Part shown: piece after piece, positions 1 through 12,183 of the stretch
Layout: each line of letters begins with the position of its first letter
Position numbering within the stretch: the stretch's first letter is position 1
NCBI GenBank assembly: GCA_020137815.1
Contig: CM035358.1
Location: 5,890,001-5,954,000 of the forward strand
Direction of reading: 5' to 3'
DNA from: Hormiphora californensis
Lineage: Eukaryota > Animalia > Ctenophora
Length of the DNA: 64,000 bases
Made by a program: the position numbers and the translations under genes
Notes under the pieces: generated by a model
Databases searched by the model: none
What the model was told of the DNA's origin: nothing
Seen by the model: the letters and a program-made list of their open reading frames with translations, nothing else

Positions 1-153
1 ATAGTAGATGAATAGAAGATTATGGCCACTAGAGGGTGGCTTAACTAAAAAAGCCACCCTCTAGTGAGGCGTGATAGATCATGACCGATTCTTCCACTGT
101 TCCACTTTGTCAACCCACTCTACAGCTGTCATGTTACCCCTAGAACTACACAC

Positions 154-3100
154 CTTGGCCTTTGGTTTATCGGATGACTCTGTTCTAGTTCGATGGAAAG
201 ATATAAAGATGCGGGGTATGGTTGGTAGATGACTTTCTTCTAAAGGGTAATCCATGTGGTATCCATCTAGAGATTGAATGTAATCTCAGCTCTGCAGTAA
301 AAACATGTAAACTGGCACTATCATGCAATTCACGAGACTCAATAATTATAGTTTATGAGTTTATTGGACAAATTGATAGAATCGCTGGGTACTTAAAGAC
401 CCATTTTATAAGAAATGAAAGGAGTCAATAGACGAATCTGAATCAGTAAGCTGCACAAAAGCAAACCCCATCAATGAAAAAAGGTCTAGTTTGTTACAAT
501 TATACGGCAAGAGAAATGATCCGCCGCCCATGTCTAAATGTGCTATTTCTCAGAAATGCAATTTGTGTAGGCATATTCAACGGGTAATCTGCACACACAC
601 ACACAAACGTACTGGTTGACGACGATCGGGTATAAGGCGACGGAAAATAGGGAGGGAGAGATTTAGAGACAGGGAGAGAGAGAGAGCCAGAGAAGGAGAG
701 TGGCAGAGAGAGCCAGAGAAGGAGAGAGATAGAAAGAGAAGACGCATCCTTCGTGATTGCCTGCTAATACTGCCCTGGATAAGGTTATCATCATCTCTTC
801 TTTTTCTCACACGATCATATCTGTTTCTCTTTCACTTTGCAACTTATCGAAATCATCCAAAAATAATTTCCTACCCTTATAATACTCTTATTTTTTTGTC
901 GGCGGGGTGGTGTAGTGGTAACACACTGGCACGACTTAGTAGTATTATTTTTTTAATACTCTTACCAATGAAGGTGCTTAGGTGTTACCATGGTAGCCAA
1001 TAAGATACGTACCCCGGTAGGTGAGCAGGGTGGTTTATCGTTGGTATACCACCGGTTACAGCACAGGTACGTATCACACATGTCCGTCGCAAAGGCATTG
1101 AAGATCTGGTCCATGTGCGAGCACCTAAAACACAGATAGAGGGGTAAAAAATACAGATAGAGGGGTAAAAAACACAGATAGAGGGGTAAAAAATACAGAT
1201 AGAGGGGTAAAAACACAGATAGAGGGGTATAAAAACAACAACGAAAAAAGATAGAGGGGTAAAAAAGGTTTAAAAACAACCTAAAGGTAATAGAAAAGAG
1301 TTGTAAAGCGGATATCGGCAAAACAATGAAGTATTGTACTTTTGAAACAGACAGATGCCAAAGTAAAGACAAAAGATGTTTAATCCAGAGTGACAAATAA
1401 AACAGGTTTCTAGCACGGCCTTCTATAACTACAGATTGAACATGTTGATGACCATGACCTGATTATGCTATGGGAAAGCTATAAAGTTTGGTAAAACACG
1501 ACGTACTAAAGAAGATCCATTCTTTAGAAACAATTAGCACAGAATATGAGAGACATTGGTAATTATGTTATAATTAGGTTGTCGACGGTATGATTATTTA
1601 ATTGACTCTTATAAGACGTCTTATAGTTTTGCCTAGCTCGACCCTCTTCGCGAGGAAGGGTTAGAACATAACAATTATAGTTATACAGACACACCTCGAT
1701 CTAACGGAATCTTTGGGGAAGGATAAATCCACGGAAAATTAAGGGTACGGTAAATCGAGATATAAATCAAAGACTAACATGAACGAATCAAAAGGTTTGA
1801 TAATTGATAATGCAAACTCGCTGTTGCATTATAGGAAGCAACCAAATCTATACACATATAATGGCCACGTTCGTGATAGGAAACGAATAATAATTTATGG
1901 ATATTTCTTCCCTAAAAGCTCTTTCATCAGCTGTGATGCACATGCTGCCGCGGGGCGGATGCTTTTGTTGGGTAAATTTATCCAGCTAGTCGACTGCACG
2001 TGTGTATGCAGTGATCCGCATAATAATTCAAGAGTATAATGCACACATGTGGCTCGATACTATTCAAATATACAAATTCTTTCATGCCAGCCAAAGTCAT
2101 TGAAATAACTCCATGGGATGTTCTACAAATTAAAATACTAGACTAGTAGGCTGTCCAGTATAATAATTCCCCTTTGAGACTCAGCTCCTAGCACATACTG
2201 AATAGTTGAAGCCAATCCTCTAGTATTCTCTAAACATCAACTGTTGGAGTTGCTTCGACACGTGCTTAAATTGTCACATACTCAGCATTCATAAATACCA
2301 TATGCCCATATATAATAATGTATTCATAACGTATTCATAACGTATTCAATGAAACATAACGACCAGTTGGAAAAAGAAAGGTTTTGAAAATTAGATGCCG
2401 TCACACATATGCACATTAATTGCTAGTTCAACCTTGGAACGTACAAAGATTGAAACATTCCAGATCACCACTAAATTAAAAGTGAGATTTATTGTGTAAA
2501 GGTTTGAGAGCGAGAGAAAGTAGTGTCTATAACTCGTAATGTTCAGTACACATTACCTCATTTAGACTTTATAACAACATTTCCGCCTTAGATGTGCTGC
2601 CCGAACTCGGATCATGTCAAGTAAAACCCATAAAATTTAACCTTTCATATTTATTCTGAAATGTTTCAATCTATTTTTAGCTAACCCAAAATGATCGCCG
2701 TCGTCATTATATCTCTGGATTCATTGGTAGTGGCATGCCCCACTAAGGAAACAGTAATAAGATTTGAAAGACGTTAAAGTTATAATACCTATAATACATA
2801 TGACAAACCAGACTACAGAGGCTTGTCCCCCCACACGAAGGCATATCTTTCCAGACATGAATAACGTCTCTGAAGTTTGAGACAGGGAGATAAATACCTC
2901 ACACGTAGAAATTAATTCAAAGAGTTTTGCACGTGTTAATTGCCTCCCTCCCACGAAGGCATATAATATCTCTTGATATAAATTAAGATAAGATCACATA
3001 TCTGAGAATGAAATATATTTAATAATTATTCTTAATCGTCGCAAGTATAATGTAAGGCATTGATTTGATGTACAACCGGCCAATGCGATGTTCCATATAT

Positions 3101-3539
3101 ATAATGTGAAAACTGGTTTGGTAGAAAGCCCATCCCAAAAAAGCAAAAATAGCCGAAAGTAGAATTCTTAAATGGTCTAGTTAGCTGCATATCATCCATA
3201 TTGGATGACCTGAAGAACATGACATAATCCTTGCTCGACCCTCTCTTGCCGTGCCCCGAGTAGGGTTAGAACATAAAAAGACGTATTATATGATCACAGC
3301 AACTACATTAGGAATATATATACATACCCATCAAGAAACGCGTAATCCTTTTTCAGCTCTGTTGAAGGTTGGGTGGCATTTATCTTCACAGGCTCCTCAC
3401 AATGAGGGGTTTCCATCTTTTTGTTTATCGAACCATCTTGGGAGCTGTTGAATTGTTCATACACAGTGTCAGCCGACTCAAGGAGGTGCACATGTGTAGA
3501 TGATAATGGCACTATATTAGCTGCACGTGTTGTACAAGC
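154..3539 (-). CDS. Putative exons of an unidentified multi-exon gene (partial; probably runs off the window start)
   Basis: Open AG...GT-bounded segments at ~3539-3329 (CTTRAANIV...DYAFLDG), ~3210-3078 (SSNMDDMQL...SHWP), ~1124-1013 (CSHMDQIFNAFATDMCDTYLCCNRW) and ~291-154 (LRLHSISRWIPHG...). Phases are only partly reconciled and no family was recognised. Confidence 0.3.
1131..1260. repeat. 21-bp minisatellite (cagatagaggggtaaaaaa(t/c)a)n
   Basis: About 5-6 tandem units visible directly. Confidence 0.85.
1629..1674 (+). mobile_element. Micro-element family X (ttgcctag...gggttagaacataacaa), 46 bp with 8-bp TSD
   Basis: TTATAGTT duplicated at 1621-1628 and 1675-1682; related copies at ~3229-3278, ~31564-31609(-), ~60702-60762 and 62352-62414(-). 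Confidence 0.7.
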
Positions 3540-3620
3540 TGTAATGGTACAGACAGGTCGGGGCAGGCTGGGACGCAAACACGGAAGTGACCTTAGAGAG
3601 AGAGAGAGATCAGTAGACTT

Positions 3621-3950
3621 GGCCAAGAGTGCTGCAGTAGGCCAAGAGTGTTAGTAGGCCAAGAGTGCACTGTGCAGTAGGCCAAGAGTGTTAGTAGGCC
3701 AAGAGTGCACTGTGCAGTAGGCCAAGAGTGCACTGTGCAGTAGGCCAATAGTGCACTGTGCAGTAGGCCAAGAGTGCACTGTGCAGTAGGCCAAGAGTGC
3801 ACTGTGCAGTAGGCCAAGAGTGCACTGTGCAGTAGGCCAAGAGTGCACTGTGCAGTAGGCCAAGAGTGCACTGTGCAGTAGGACAAGAGTGCACTGTGCA
3901 GTAGGCCAAGAGTGCACTGTGCAGTAGGCCAAGAGTGACTAGGCCAAGAG
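3621..3950. repeat. 23-bp minisatellite (gccaagagtgcactgtgcagtag)n
   Basis: About 13-14 near-identical head-to-tail units with no spacers. Confidence 0.95.
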
Positions 3951-4755
3951 CTCATAAGGGTACAGTTATCAGCCAAAAGTGTTAGTAAACGTGGCCACCA
4001 AGGCTTTGTGTATCAATAAAAGATACAAGAGCGTCCGTTCTGTAAGACAAAGTCATGGTGCTGAATGCAGTGGTGGAATTGGGCTTTAGGTATAGTGAGA
4101 TTCAAGATTCAAGATTCAAGATAGTGTGGAAACTATGTCTTAGTGGGCTATGATAAGTGCTAACTATAGTATCTTTAAATGTTGGAACAAGCTCTCTCAC
4201 TCTCTCTCTCTCTAGACACACACACACACATGTTGTACTTAGCCTAATTACGTGTGTCTAGCTACACACGTACTCAGAGAGAGAGAGAGAGAGAGAGAGA
4301 AGATGATCCAAGATAAAAAGACAGAAGCAAAAAGAGAGATGTGTATATAGAAATTCGAGAGAGACGGCGCAGACTAAGTAGCGACTGTATCCATGGAGAC
4401 CATGAAATTCGTAGATTTTCTAACTTTATCTCCCCGATTATCCAGTACCAAGCTCTCCTCCTCCTCCCTGCGTTATTCTTGCTGTCCTCTGCAAATCTTG
4501 AACACACGACACAGAGACAAAAGTAGAGATTTTGTAAAAACGATTGCGGGTAGTATATAGTAGCAGGCCGCATGAGGTAATAGAGTTCTTTAGAGGGGGT
4601 CACGTGATACAACTTGACGTCACGCTATCTGTAGTTAGGCACATGACTTGTTGAGCCCTGATCCCTTACTAAATATAGCGAAAACCATGAGACTCAGCTT
4701 TGATCAAAACTATATAGCTCATTCGAGTTAGCATCAATAATTATATAATGACTTA

Positions 4756-4937
4756 CCCGGTCGCTTGTAGTGGGAAAACGGTAATGGAAAACGGAGATAC
4801 AGTATGAAGACACGCAACCGTGGCCAATCAGGGCGCTAGTACGTGCTGAACACATGCACTTTTTGCCGCACGTTATGCAAAGTGTGCGTCTCATTACTGT
4901 ATTTCCATTACGGTAATACGACTACAAGCAGTGCTGT
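4756..4937 (+). mobile_element. MITE family A (~185 bp; cacggtcgcttgtagtg...actacaagcagcactgtg)
   Basis: Imperfect TIRs; further copies at 7116-7307(-), 13109-13229(-, internally deleted), 28587-28769(+) and ~40398-40585(-). Confidence 0.8.
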
Positions 4938-6975
4938 TACTGAACTTTTACGTGTAGCATAAAAAGAACCAAATCCATTTACGAAGTTAAAATCAGCGAC
5001 ATAAACAATATAAACATTCAAATTTTACCTATTTAGATCTACAACCGATGATTAAAAGATATAAAAACAAATGTCAGCTTGTCACAACTCATACAGCTAC
5101 GTTTCAAAATAGTCAATGTGAAAATGTGGCGCTTCTTTTGGAATCAATGATTTGCGGTCAAGAGAGATGAAAATTTTGCAATTAGCTATGGATCACAGCA
5201 AGGGCGTTTCTATCCGACCATTCATAGTTGCGATCTTGAGCTCTCACTCACAGCTTTTGACAATCTTTCCCGGATGTGGGAGAGTGGGAGAAATACATTG
5301 AGATAGAAACGAAAAGTATTTTAAAGTTTTTCGTAAAGGTTGTCTTTGAGTGCAAAATTGAATTGAAAGATTCTTGAATGAAAAAGGCTGCCTAAAGTTA
5401 TAGTCCCCTGTAAAATAAGTGGGAATAGAGAAACTTGGCTCTATAAGAACAGATTCCTTAGAACACATGGATTAAACATTTTGTAGTGGGAAGGTAAGCA
5501 GTTATTAAAATAGCTGTAAGAATTGTATGTAGCAGGGAAAGGGACACTAAAGACTAGAGATTGTGCCAGAGAGAGAGTAAGGATCTAATAGAGAGATCGC
5601 TAAGACAGTTGTGAAAAAGAGAGAGCCAGAGTGAGACTATGACTATGATAAAGAGAGAGAGTGAGAGAGAGCCAGAGTGAGAGAGAGCCAGAGTGAGAGG
5701 GACTGCTGCTGGGTACTCAATATATTAGAGATCTGCTTCAAACATTTGTTACAGGAAGTGCGATTTTAACTGTGTGCAATTATGGTGCGACGTTTTGAGA
5801 GGCTACGGACTGTCCCATAGACCTGAATCTCCCGTTAAAACCCTCTTTTATTGGCCGTTAAAGGCTGGGCTAGAGGGATTTCTCTCTCTGACTTTTCCCA
5901 GGGTCATATTATAGTACACTTAAAATGAGATACCCCACCTATTTCACCCCTTTATCCTACTTTATCTTTATCTTCCATGAACTGCATGATGATAAACAGT
6001 TACCTGCGTCCTGCAAAGAGCAGAAATTACTTAACCGATAAACTATACCACTTACCAGTTTAAATGTTTTCTCCGTTTCTAGTCAAATTGAGCTCAAGTA
6101 AGAGTTCTGGAAGCAAAATAGAAGCACAGGCCATGCGATTTAATGGTGTTCAAATTTCAAAGTCACAGCTCATCTAAGCCTAGACAAGATGTTACTATAG
6201 ATGTTATTATTCAGACGCCTGAGTGACTAGACAATTACCATGGTGACACAGTCACCCTTACAACTCACCCTTACAAGCCCGGCAAAACGAAGCTGAGAGG
6301 TGACGGCGCCGGAGAGGTAACGGCGCCACCAAACAATTACCATGGTATACCAAACAGTTTTCAAGGATGATCGATTATTTTGCATTAGTATATGAGAAAG
6401 ACAGAATTGCTAGTTGTCGACATCTCGTTATTAGTTTACGAAGATTATCTAATCAAAACATCTGATTTTAGTCAATGAATTATTTAATAACTGCTCGTGC
6501 TACACGGTCACGAAACACATATACATGTGTCTCACGGAACATGTGTGTGTATATAATGGACTTGGTTGAACAAAACGAGTCCAGTGAAATGATTACAAAC
6601 GTGACTCTAACGAATAACAGAGATAGAGATCATCCTGATCCTGGGAAAATACATCTTTCAAAGAAGGTTGGAACATAGAGATCAAAATATTTGAGAACAC
6701 AATACCAGGAATTCAAGGCGTATAGCAGAGAGAGAGACATGGTAGAGCACACATATATTATATCTGGAAGGTGATTAGGTAAACGATTTACATTTGACAC
6801 ACAAGTCACAAATGGTCGCATGTGTAATCTCACAACATGATGCGTCCAACCCACGAGAGGCTGTGTCACGAACTAAACATACTACAGAAATACAGTATGC
6901 GACATGCGTTCTAATGTAACCAAAGTCTAAAGAAAATACGGTGCTACCCGCATCCTCCATATCCTTAAATCGATA

Positions 6976-7050
6976 GTGTTTACGCAGTGTTTACACAGTG
7001 TTTACGCAGTGTTTACGCAGTGAATACAGAGCGAATACGCAGTGAATACA
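6976..7050. repeat. 11-bp tandem repeat (gtgtttacgca)n, degenerating
   Basis: About 7 units visible. Confidence 0.75.
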
Positions 7051-7115
7051 TCATACATTTAGAGAAAGCAGGTTAGTCGCAAGGCTGCTTGTAGTGTGGT
7101 ATCGGTTAAATTATA

Positions 7116-7307
7116 ACAGTGCTGCTAATTGTAGTCGTATTACCTTAATGGAAATTGGAAATACAGTAAGGAGACGTGCACGTTGCATAACGTGCGGCAA
7201 AAAGTGCATGTGTTCAGCAAGTACTAGCGCCCTGATTGGCCACGGTTGCGCATCGTCTTACTGTATCTCCGTTTTCCATTACCGTTTTCCCACTACAAGC
7301 GACCGTG
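7116..7307 (-). mobile_element. MITE family A copy
   Basis: Reverse-complement match to 4756-4937 and 28587-28769. Confidence 0.8.
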
Positions 7308-8107
7308 TTATCAGTGGGGCTAAACCAAAACTCATGAACAGGTTAAGGCTCACTAGCATCTTGGGTGCGTTGGAAAGAGGACATTGAGCTCTTTCGGATG
7401 AGCCCAATAGAACTGAAGTCGGCGCAAAATGCGCAGTGTCATGGCGCAAAATGCGTGTCGGTTTTTGGACTTAATCACAACTATAATTGTGAATGAAATG
7501 ATTTGAGAACAGAATATTTTTTGTGGCTGCCCCGGCCCCCTCGGCCCTCCCCCTTGGTATACATGGACAAAGTATAGCATTTTTTTGATTGAACTATAAC
7601 GATATAATATTGTTAGATAAAACTATGTAGAACACAATAACAATTTTTTTAAACAAACACGATTTCATAAAGAGCTGGGAAAACTTACTCTTGAATCAGC
7701 TCATAAGGAAAAACCAGCGTGTATAATAATAGTGTACAGGGAATAGTATATTAACATCCTCCTTTTTCTGTATTGAGTTCGCAATTCATCCATGGCAATT
7801 TTGATTTGCTGCACCCCCTGTGATCACCTTGATTCTTGAAACCTGGACCCGGACCATCAGATTACTCCTGCAGAGCGGTATACGGTAGTAGTATCCAAAC
7901 TCCAGATCAGAACGCCCCATATATTACAGGGAAAATAACTGTTCAACTATAATTGTCCAAATAGAGCGCAAGTATAACTCAACACTGCACAATAACAAAA
8001 TCTTGCTCATCATCTTCATTTTAACAATTAACTTGTATCTCTAGTAGAGATTCTCTACTACTAATGTGTTAAGAATGGGTACTAGGAGCAGCATCAGGAG
8101 CGGTACT

Positions 8108-11100
8108 TCAGGAGCAGACTTCAGGATCTACTTCAGGAGCAGCTTCAAGAGTGGCTTTAGGGGCGGATGTAGGAGCGGCTTCCGGCGTGGCTTCATGGGC
8201 AGCATCAAGAGCAGCATCAGGGGCAGCTTGAGGAGCGGTACCAGAAGACGATTCTGGAGTGGCTTTAGGGGCGGATGTAGGAGCGGCTTCCGGCGTGGCT
8301 TCATGGGCAGCATCAAGAGCAGCATCAGGAGCAGCATCAGGAGCAGCATCAGGAGCGGTACCAGAAGACGATTCTGGAGTGGCTTCAGGGGCGGATGCAG
8401 GGGCGGCTTGAGGAGAAGTAAGAGGACCGGCTTCAGGAGTGGCTTCAGGGACAGGGTTAGCGTTAGCAATCTGGGGCCTTTTCAAGTAATTCCGAACAGT
8501 TGTAAAAATATCATTGTACAAAACAGGGTTCAGAACCGAGTTGAGGGGGAGGATGTTGAGGGAGAAGATTTGGTACCACGGCGACATGTCCATAATCTCA
8601 GCTGTGTGTAGGACACAGCAGATCAGAAAGGGCATCCAGCAGCAGAAATCAGTTAGACAGATCAAAGAGACCTTACGACTGAGCGAGTTGAAGACCCGGT
8701 TTCCTCGGACTTGAGATGTTTTGGCGAGAATTGCAATCGCTCCATGGCATACCGCTACGCATACAAAGCAGAGAAAATAGAAGCTATGGTAAGCCCAAAC
8801 GAAAACTACCTGGGGATCATCCAGAAGGACAAATGCCTTAAACATACAGACTGGGTCATTCCCGTAGAAAGACAGCTTTTTGCCCCTTACTGGATCATAA
8901 TCCTGGGAAAACATTTCAGATATCATTTCTTGGAATGTGTTCCAAGATACACTGTTGCCAGACTGTTCCTGTGCGATTTCATGACTACCATGGTAACCCC
9001 GCACAATCTTTACTAGCTGACTTTTGCCCATCACCCCAAGAAACAGTTTGATACCCTTATCAAATACAAGTCCATTGACAAACCAATCATCAAGAGCATC
9101 TATCAACGGGAAAATCGACACTGTCAGAGAGAAGAGTACGACTCCTCCGAGTAGTAGACCAACTTTAACCTTAAGCTTCCGGGTAACCTCTTCTGAACGG
9201 CGGTATCGAAGGGCCATTACTGTTCCACGCAGTCGGAAGTAGCTGACTATGGCCATTACGAGGGAAGAAATGGATGATCCAATGCTATTAAAAACCCCAA
9301 TTACAGTACAGGGGGCTCCGCTAATCCATTCAAATTGATATTCACAAAATCCCGAACCGTGGATCCAGTGAACTGACGTGAGGGTTAGGAGATATGCAGA
9401 TGTCAGGAGATCTCCTAAAGAAATCATCAAGACCATGCTTTGATTGATGAACTCACCACTCTTTTCTGCTTTCTGTATGCTCTGAAAACCTTTGATAATG
9501 CTACCAGTTGCAAAGATTATTCCTGCAACTCCCATGCAAAATGCAATTCCTAAAATAACCTCGTTTTTTACGACTTTTCTTCTACAACTATCATTGCATT
9601 CATCCGATAGGTCCTTGCAGTCAACCTTTCCATCACACTTCTGGCTCAAAGCAAGGAAACCCGATTTATCGGTGCATTGAAAACTGTTCGAACATTCCTC
9701 TTCATCGGATCTATCGAAACAGTCATCAACAAGGTCACACACTTTCTCGAACTGGATGCAGTTAGAGTTTTTACAAACGAAGAAGTTATTGTGGAACCGT
9801 TCGCGAGACGTTTGTACAATGGTTATTGAGCCTAGCTGTAAGTTGAGAGAATACAGTTTGCTTTTGTGATTACTACAAGTGGTATGAAGGACGGGCCTTT
9901 TCAGGGGACATGATGTGTTCAAGCATTTCCCTGAACAGCTGTAAAACACATATGCTTCTCCGTACAAGTACCTACAATCACGCTTCTTTGTTGGAAGAAC
10001 TAAGTCCGTTGTAAAATTCTTCCCAAAAAACTGATGAAATGGATGGCTTAAAGTTTCCAATTGACAACGTTGCCCCGCAAGGAAAAGAAGATTTTCAAGG
10101 CCTTTCACACAAACTGCACTCCTGAGTGTTTTTCCTACTCCCGTTCTCATTTCAAACAATTTTCTGGTTATTTGTGGTCTACTTTTAGCCATGAGACAGA
10201 CTCCTTCGTCACAGTTTGAGGTAGAGGAGCATAGAAGGGCGACCTCTAAAAATTGCAACCTATTATTTTTGCAAAGGAAGGCATTACTACATTTCTCAGT
10301 CGAATATTTAATCGTCCTCCTTATGCCTTTACCGCATGTTTCCCAGTCATTCTCTTCATCTTCCCCGTCTAGACAGTCTACCACTCCATCCTGGACCCAG
10401 TCCACTGGAATCTTAAGTAGCCCCTGATTTTGACTGAAACTACGAACACACGATCGTTGGGTGAGCTTTAAACACGTCTCCTTCTGTTCATCCGCACCCA
10501 TAGCACAATCATTTTGACCGTTACATAACCGATGCTTATGAATGGTACAATACCGGTTCAATGTGTGACACTGGTTTTGCATGTTGTCATCACACAATAT
10601 CGCATTCCCCTGACAGACAATGTAAATGGAAACTGTAGAGGGATAGCCGCCGATAAGGCAAGAACCAGCGACCTTAGCAGGATCCGAGCAGTTTGTCTGG
10701 TCCATTCCGTTATCGCAATACGATTCAGTAGCTATACCCAGAAACAAGTGGTAAATTTCCTGACTAGTGCCAGGTGCAAATGTACGGGTGAAACAACGGG
10801 ACGCGTTGTATAGTGGAAACGAAGATATAAGTATAGGGCATGAGCTATAATTAGCCAATGCTTCCATAGAGCTATTGAACTTCGTGATAGGACTATTGAA
10901 GGGTGCGAAGACATAGTATATGTCTGTGGCTATATGATCCTTAACCACCTCCTTAACTACAAACCCGTAGTTATATCCATGACAAGAGCTCTCATCTACA
11001 CAGGTTAGATAAAAAGGATCTATACTGCCGTTCCCAATTCGTTCCACTGCATCACAAACGCCGTCACATAATCCACCCTCCTTTATCCATATCTCTAAGC

Positions 11101-11524
11101 TCTCGCCATCAATAGTGTGTATTTTATACCCTACACTGGTTTGAGCACTGGGGCAGGTCTGTGATGCCGTGTGAAATCCGTACAAGTCCATCTTACTTTC
11201 ATAACACAACTTCCCGCACACGGGGGACTTTTGGAAGAGTTGTTGTGAGTGTCCACAAGCCTGATACCCAATGGAATCGTTAGGGCACAGAGATGTTACA
11301 TAGGCTTTGTTCGTTCTCAGTAGCGGTTGGTTCACAGAAACTTTCTGGTACATGGCGGTCGAGTTTAAACACGTCATGGTAATTTTAATTTCTCCTAAAA
11401 ACAACTCTCTCGATCCACAAGATCTCACTAGAAACCCATTATCAACTGCTATTGGACACTGATGGTCACCAGAAAATACCCTTACGATACCAATGAAAAG
11501 TAGGATAGGAGAAAAGACAACCAT
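8108..11524 (-). CDS. Intronless rhodopsin-class GPCR with multiple LDL-receptor class A repeats (GRL101/RXFP-like, no LRRs), 1138 aa
   Basis: Signal peptide MVVFSPILLFIGIVRVFS; LDLa motifs (CNGQNDCAMGADE, DGVVDCLDGEDE, CDLVDDCFDRSDEEEC, CDGKVDCKDLSDEC); 7 hydrophobic segments including TM6 LICLTDFCCWMPF and TM7 NSVLNPVLY; repetitive A/P/E/T-rich C-tail. Confidence 0.93.
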   Translation of the reverse strand: MVVFSPILLFIGIVRVFSGDHQCPIAVDNGFLVRSCGSRELFLGEIKITMTCLNSTAMYQKVSVNQPLLRTNKAYVTSLCPNDSIGYQACGHSQQLFQKSPVCGKLCYESKMDLYGFHTASQTCPSAQTSVGYKIHTIDGESLEIWIKEGGLCDGVCDAVERIGNGSIDPFYLTCVDESSCHGYNYGFVVKEVVKDHIATDIYYVFAPFNSPITKFNSSMEALANYSSCPILISSFPLYNASRCFTRTFAPGTSQEIYHLFLGIATESYCDNGMDQTNCSDPAKVAGSCLIGGYPSTVSIYIVCQGNAILCDDNMQNQCHTLNRYCTIHKHRLCNGQNDCAMGADEQKETCLKLTQRSCVRSFSQNQGLLKIPVDWVQDGVVDCLDGEDEENDWETCGKGIRRTIKYSTEKCSNAFLCKNNRLQFLEVALLCSSTSNCDEGVCLMAKSRPQITRKLFEMRTGVGKTLRSAVCVKGLENLLFLAGQRCQLETLSHPFHQFFGKNFTTDLVLPTKKRDCRYLYGEAYVFYSCSGKCLNTSCPLKRPVLHTTCSNHKSKLYSLNLQLGSITIVQTSRERFHNNFFVCKNSNCIQFEKVCDLVDDCFDRSDEEECSNSFQCTDKSGFLALSQKCDGKVDCKDLSDECNDSCRRKVVKNEVILGIAFCMGVAGIIFATGSIIKGFQSIQKAEKSGEFINQSMVLMISLGDLLTSAYLLTLTSVHWIHGSGFCEYQFEWISGAPCTVIGVFNSIGSSISSLVMAIVSYFRLRGTVMALRYRRSEEVTRKLKVKVGLLLGGVVLFSLTVSIFPLIDALDDWFVNGLVFDKGIKLFLGVMGKSQLVKIVRGYHGSHEIAQEQSGNSVSWNTFQEMISEMFSQDYDPVRGKKLSFYGNDPVCMFKAFVLLDDPQVVFVWAYHSFYFLCFVCVAVCHGAIAILAKTSQVRGNRVFNSLSRKVSLICLTDFCCWMPFLICCVLHTAEIMDMSPWYQIFSLNILPLNSVLNPVLYNDIFTTVRNYLKRPQIANANPVPEATPEAGPLTSPQAAPASAPEATPESSSGTAPDAAPDAAPDAALDAAHEATPEAAPTSAPKATPESSSGTAPQAAPDAALDAAHEATPEAAPTSAPKATLEAAPEVDPEVCS

Positions 11525-11666
11525 CGGGACTCAGCTGAGATACCGGGGATACCAAAGAACGAGAAACAGTCCGCTGACCGCTCACTGCCACCTTTCAACT
11601 ACTTCCACAAACAATGAAACAGAATTGTTCATTTCATTATACATAAACCAAAGACATGAAAATTCT

Positions 11667-11820
11667 CGGAAATGTTCAGGTCGAGCACCGTTTCAACCAA
11701 TCATAGCGCAGAATAGCCCTTATGAAGCGTGGATCACGTGTGCAGTCATGCGTACTTCAGCTGGTCTGCCCTGTGATTGGTTGAAACTGGTCACGCAGTG
11801 CTCGACCTGAACATTTTGCG
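11667..11820. mobile_element. ~155-bp MITE-like foldback upstream of the GPCR
   Basis: Arms cggaaatgttcaggtcgagcac...tttcaaccaatc / gattggttgaaa...gtgctcgacctgaacattttgcg. Confidence 0.7.
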
Positions 11821-12183
11821 ATAAGACTACCTCCGCACAAACAATGAATTAAATTCTTCATTGCATTTTACGTAAAGCGTAAAACAAAGACATAAGGCAT
11901 TGAACTAAAGCATTCCCCTTCAAGTCTGAACCCAGGCGTGACTTCACGCACCTTTGATAATATAAAGCAGCATATTAATCTCCCCAAGAAAGCAAGATGC
12001 AGATGCAAAGATGCACTTCTAGAAGTTCTAAAAGTAGTTCCACCGAATCTCTGGTCAAATAAAAGGCGGCTGTTTCTTTTCCATTCAAACTCTTTTCCAT
12101 TAATTCAAACTCGGCCAAATACTCAATCCATCTGGAGAGATGAACTGTCGGGAACTGAGTCCGAACACTAACTGCAATGAGAT

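Noticed and set aside
27-66. Rho-independent terminator
   Set aside because: Eukaryotic DNA and no adjacent U-tract.
3621-3950. CRISPR-like array of 23-bp repeats
   Set aside because: Units are head-to-tail with no unique spacers and no cas genes, in a eukaryotic context; it is a minisatellite.
8066-8611. 181-aa Arg/Ser/Gly-rich + strand ORF
   Set aside because: Antisense shadow of the repetitive GPCR C-tail.
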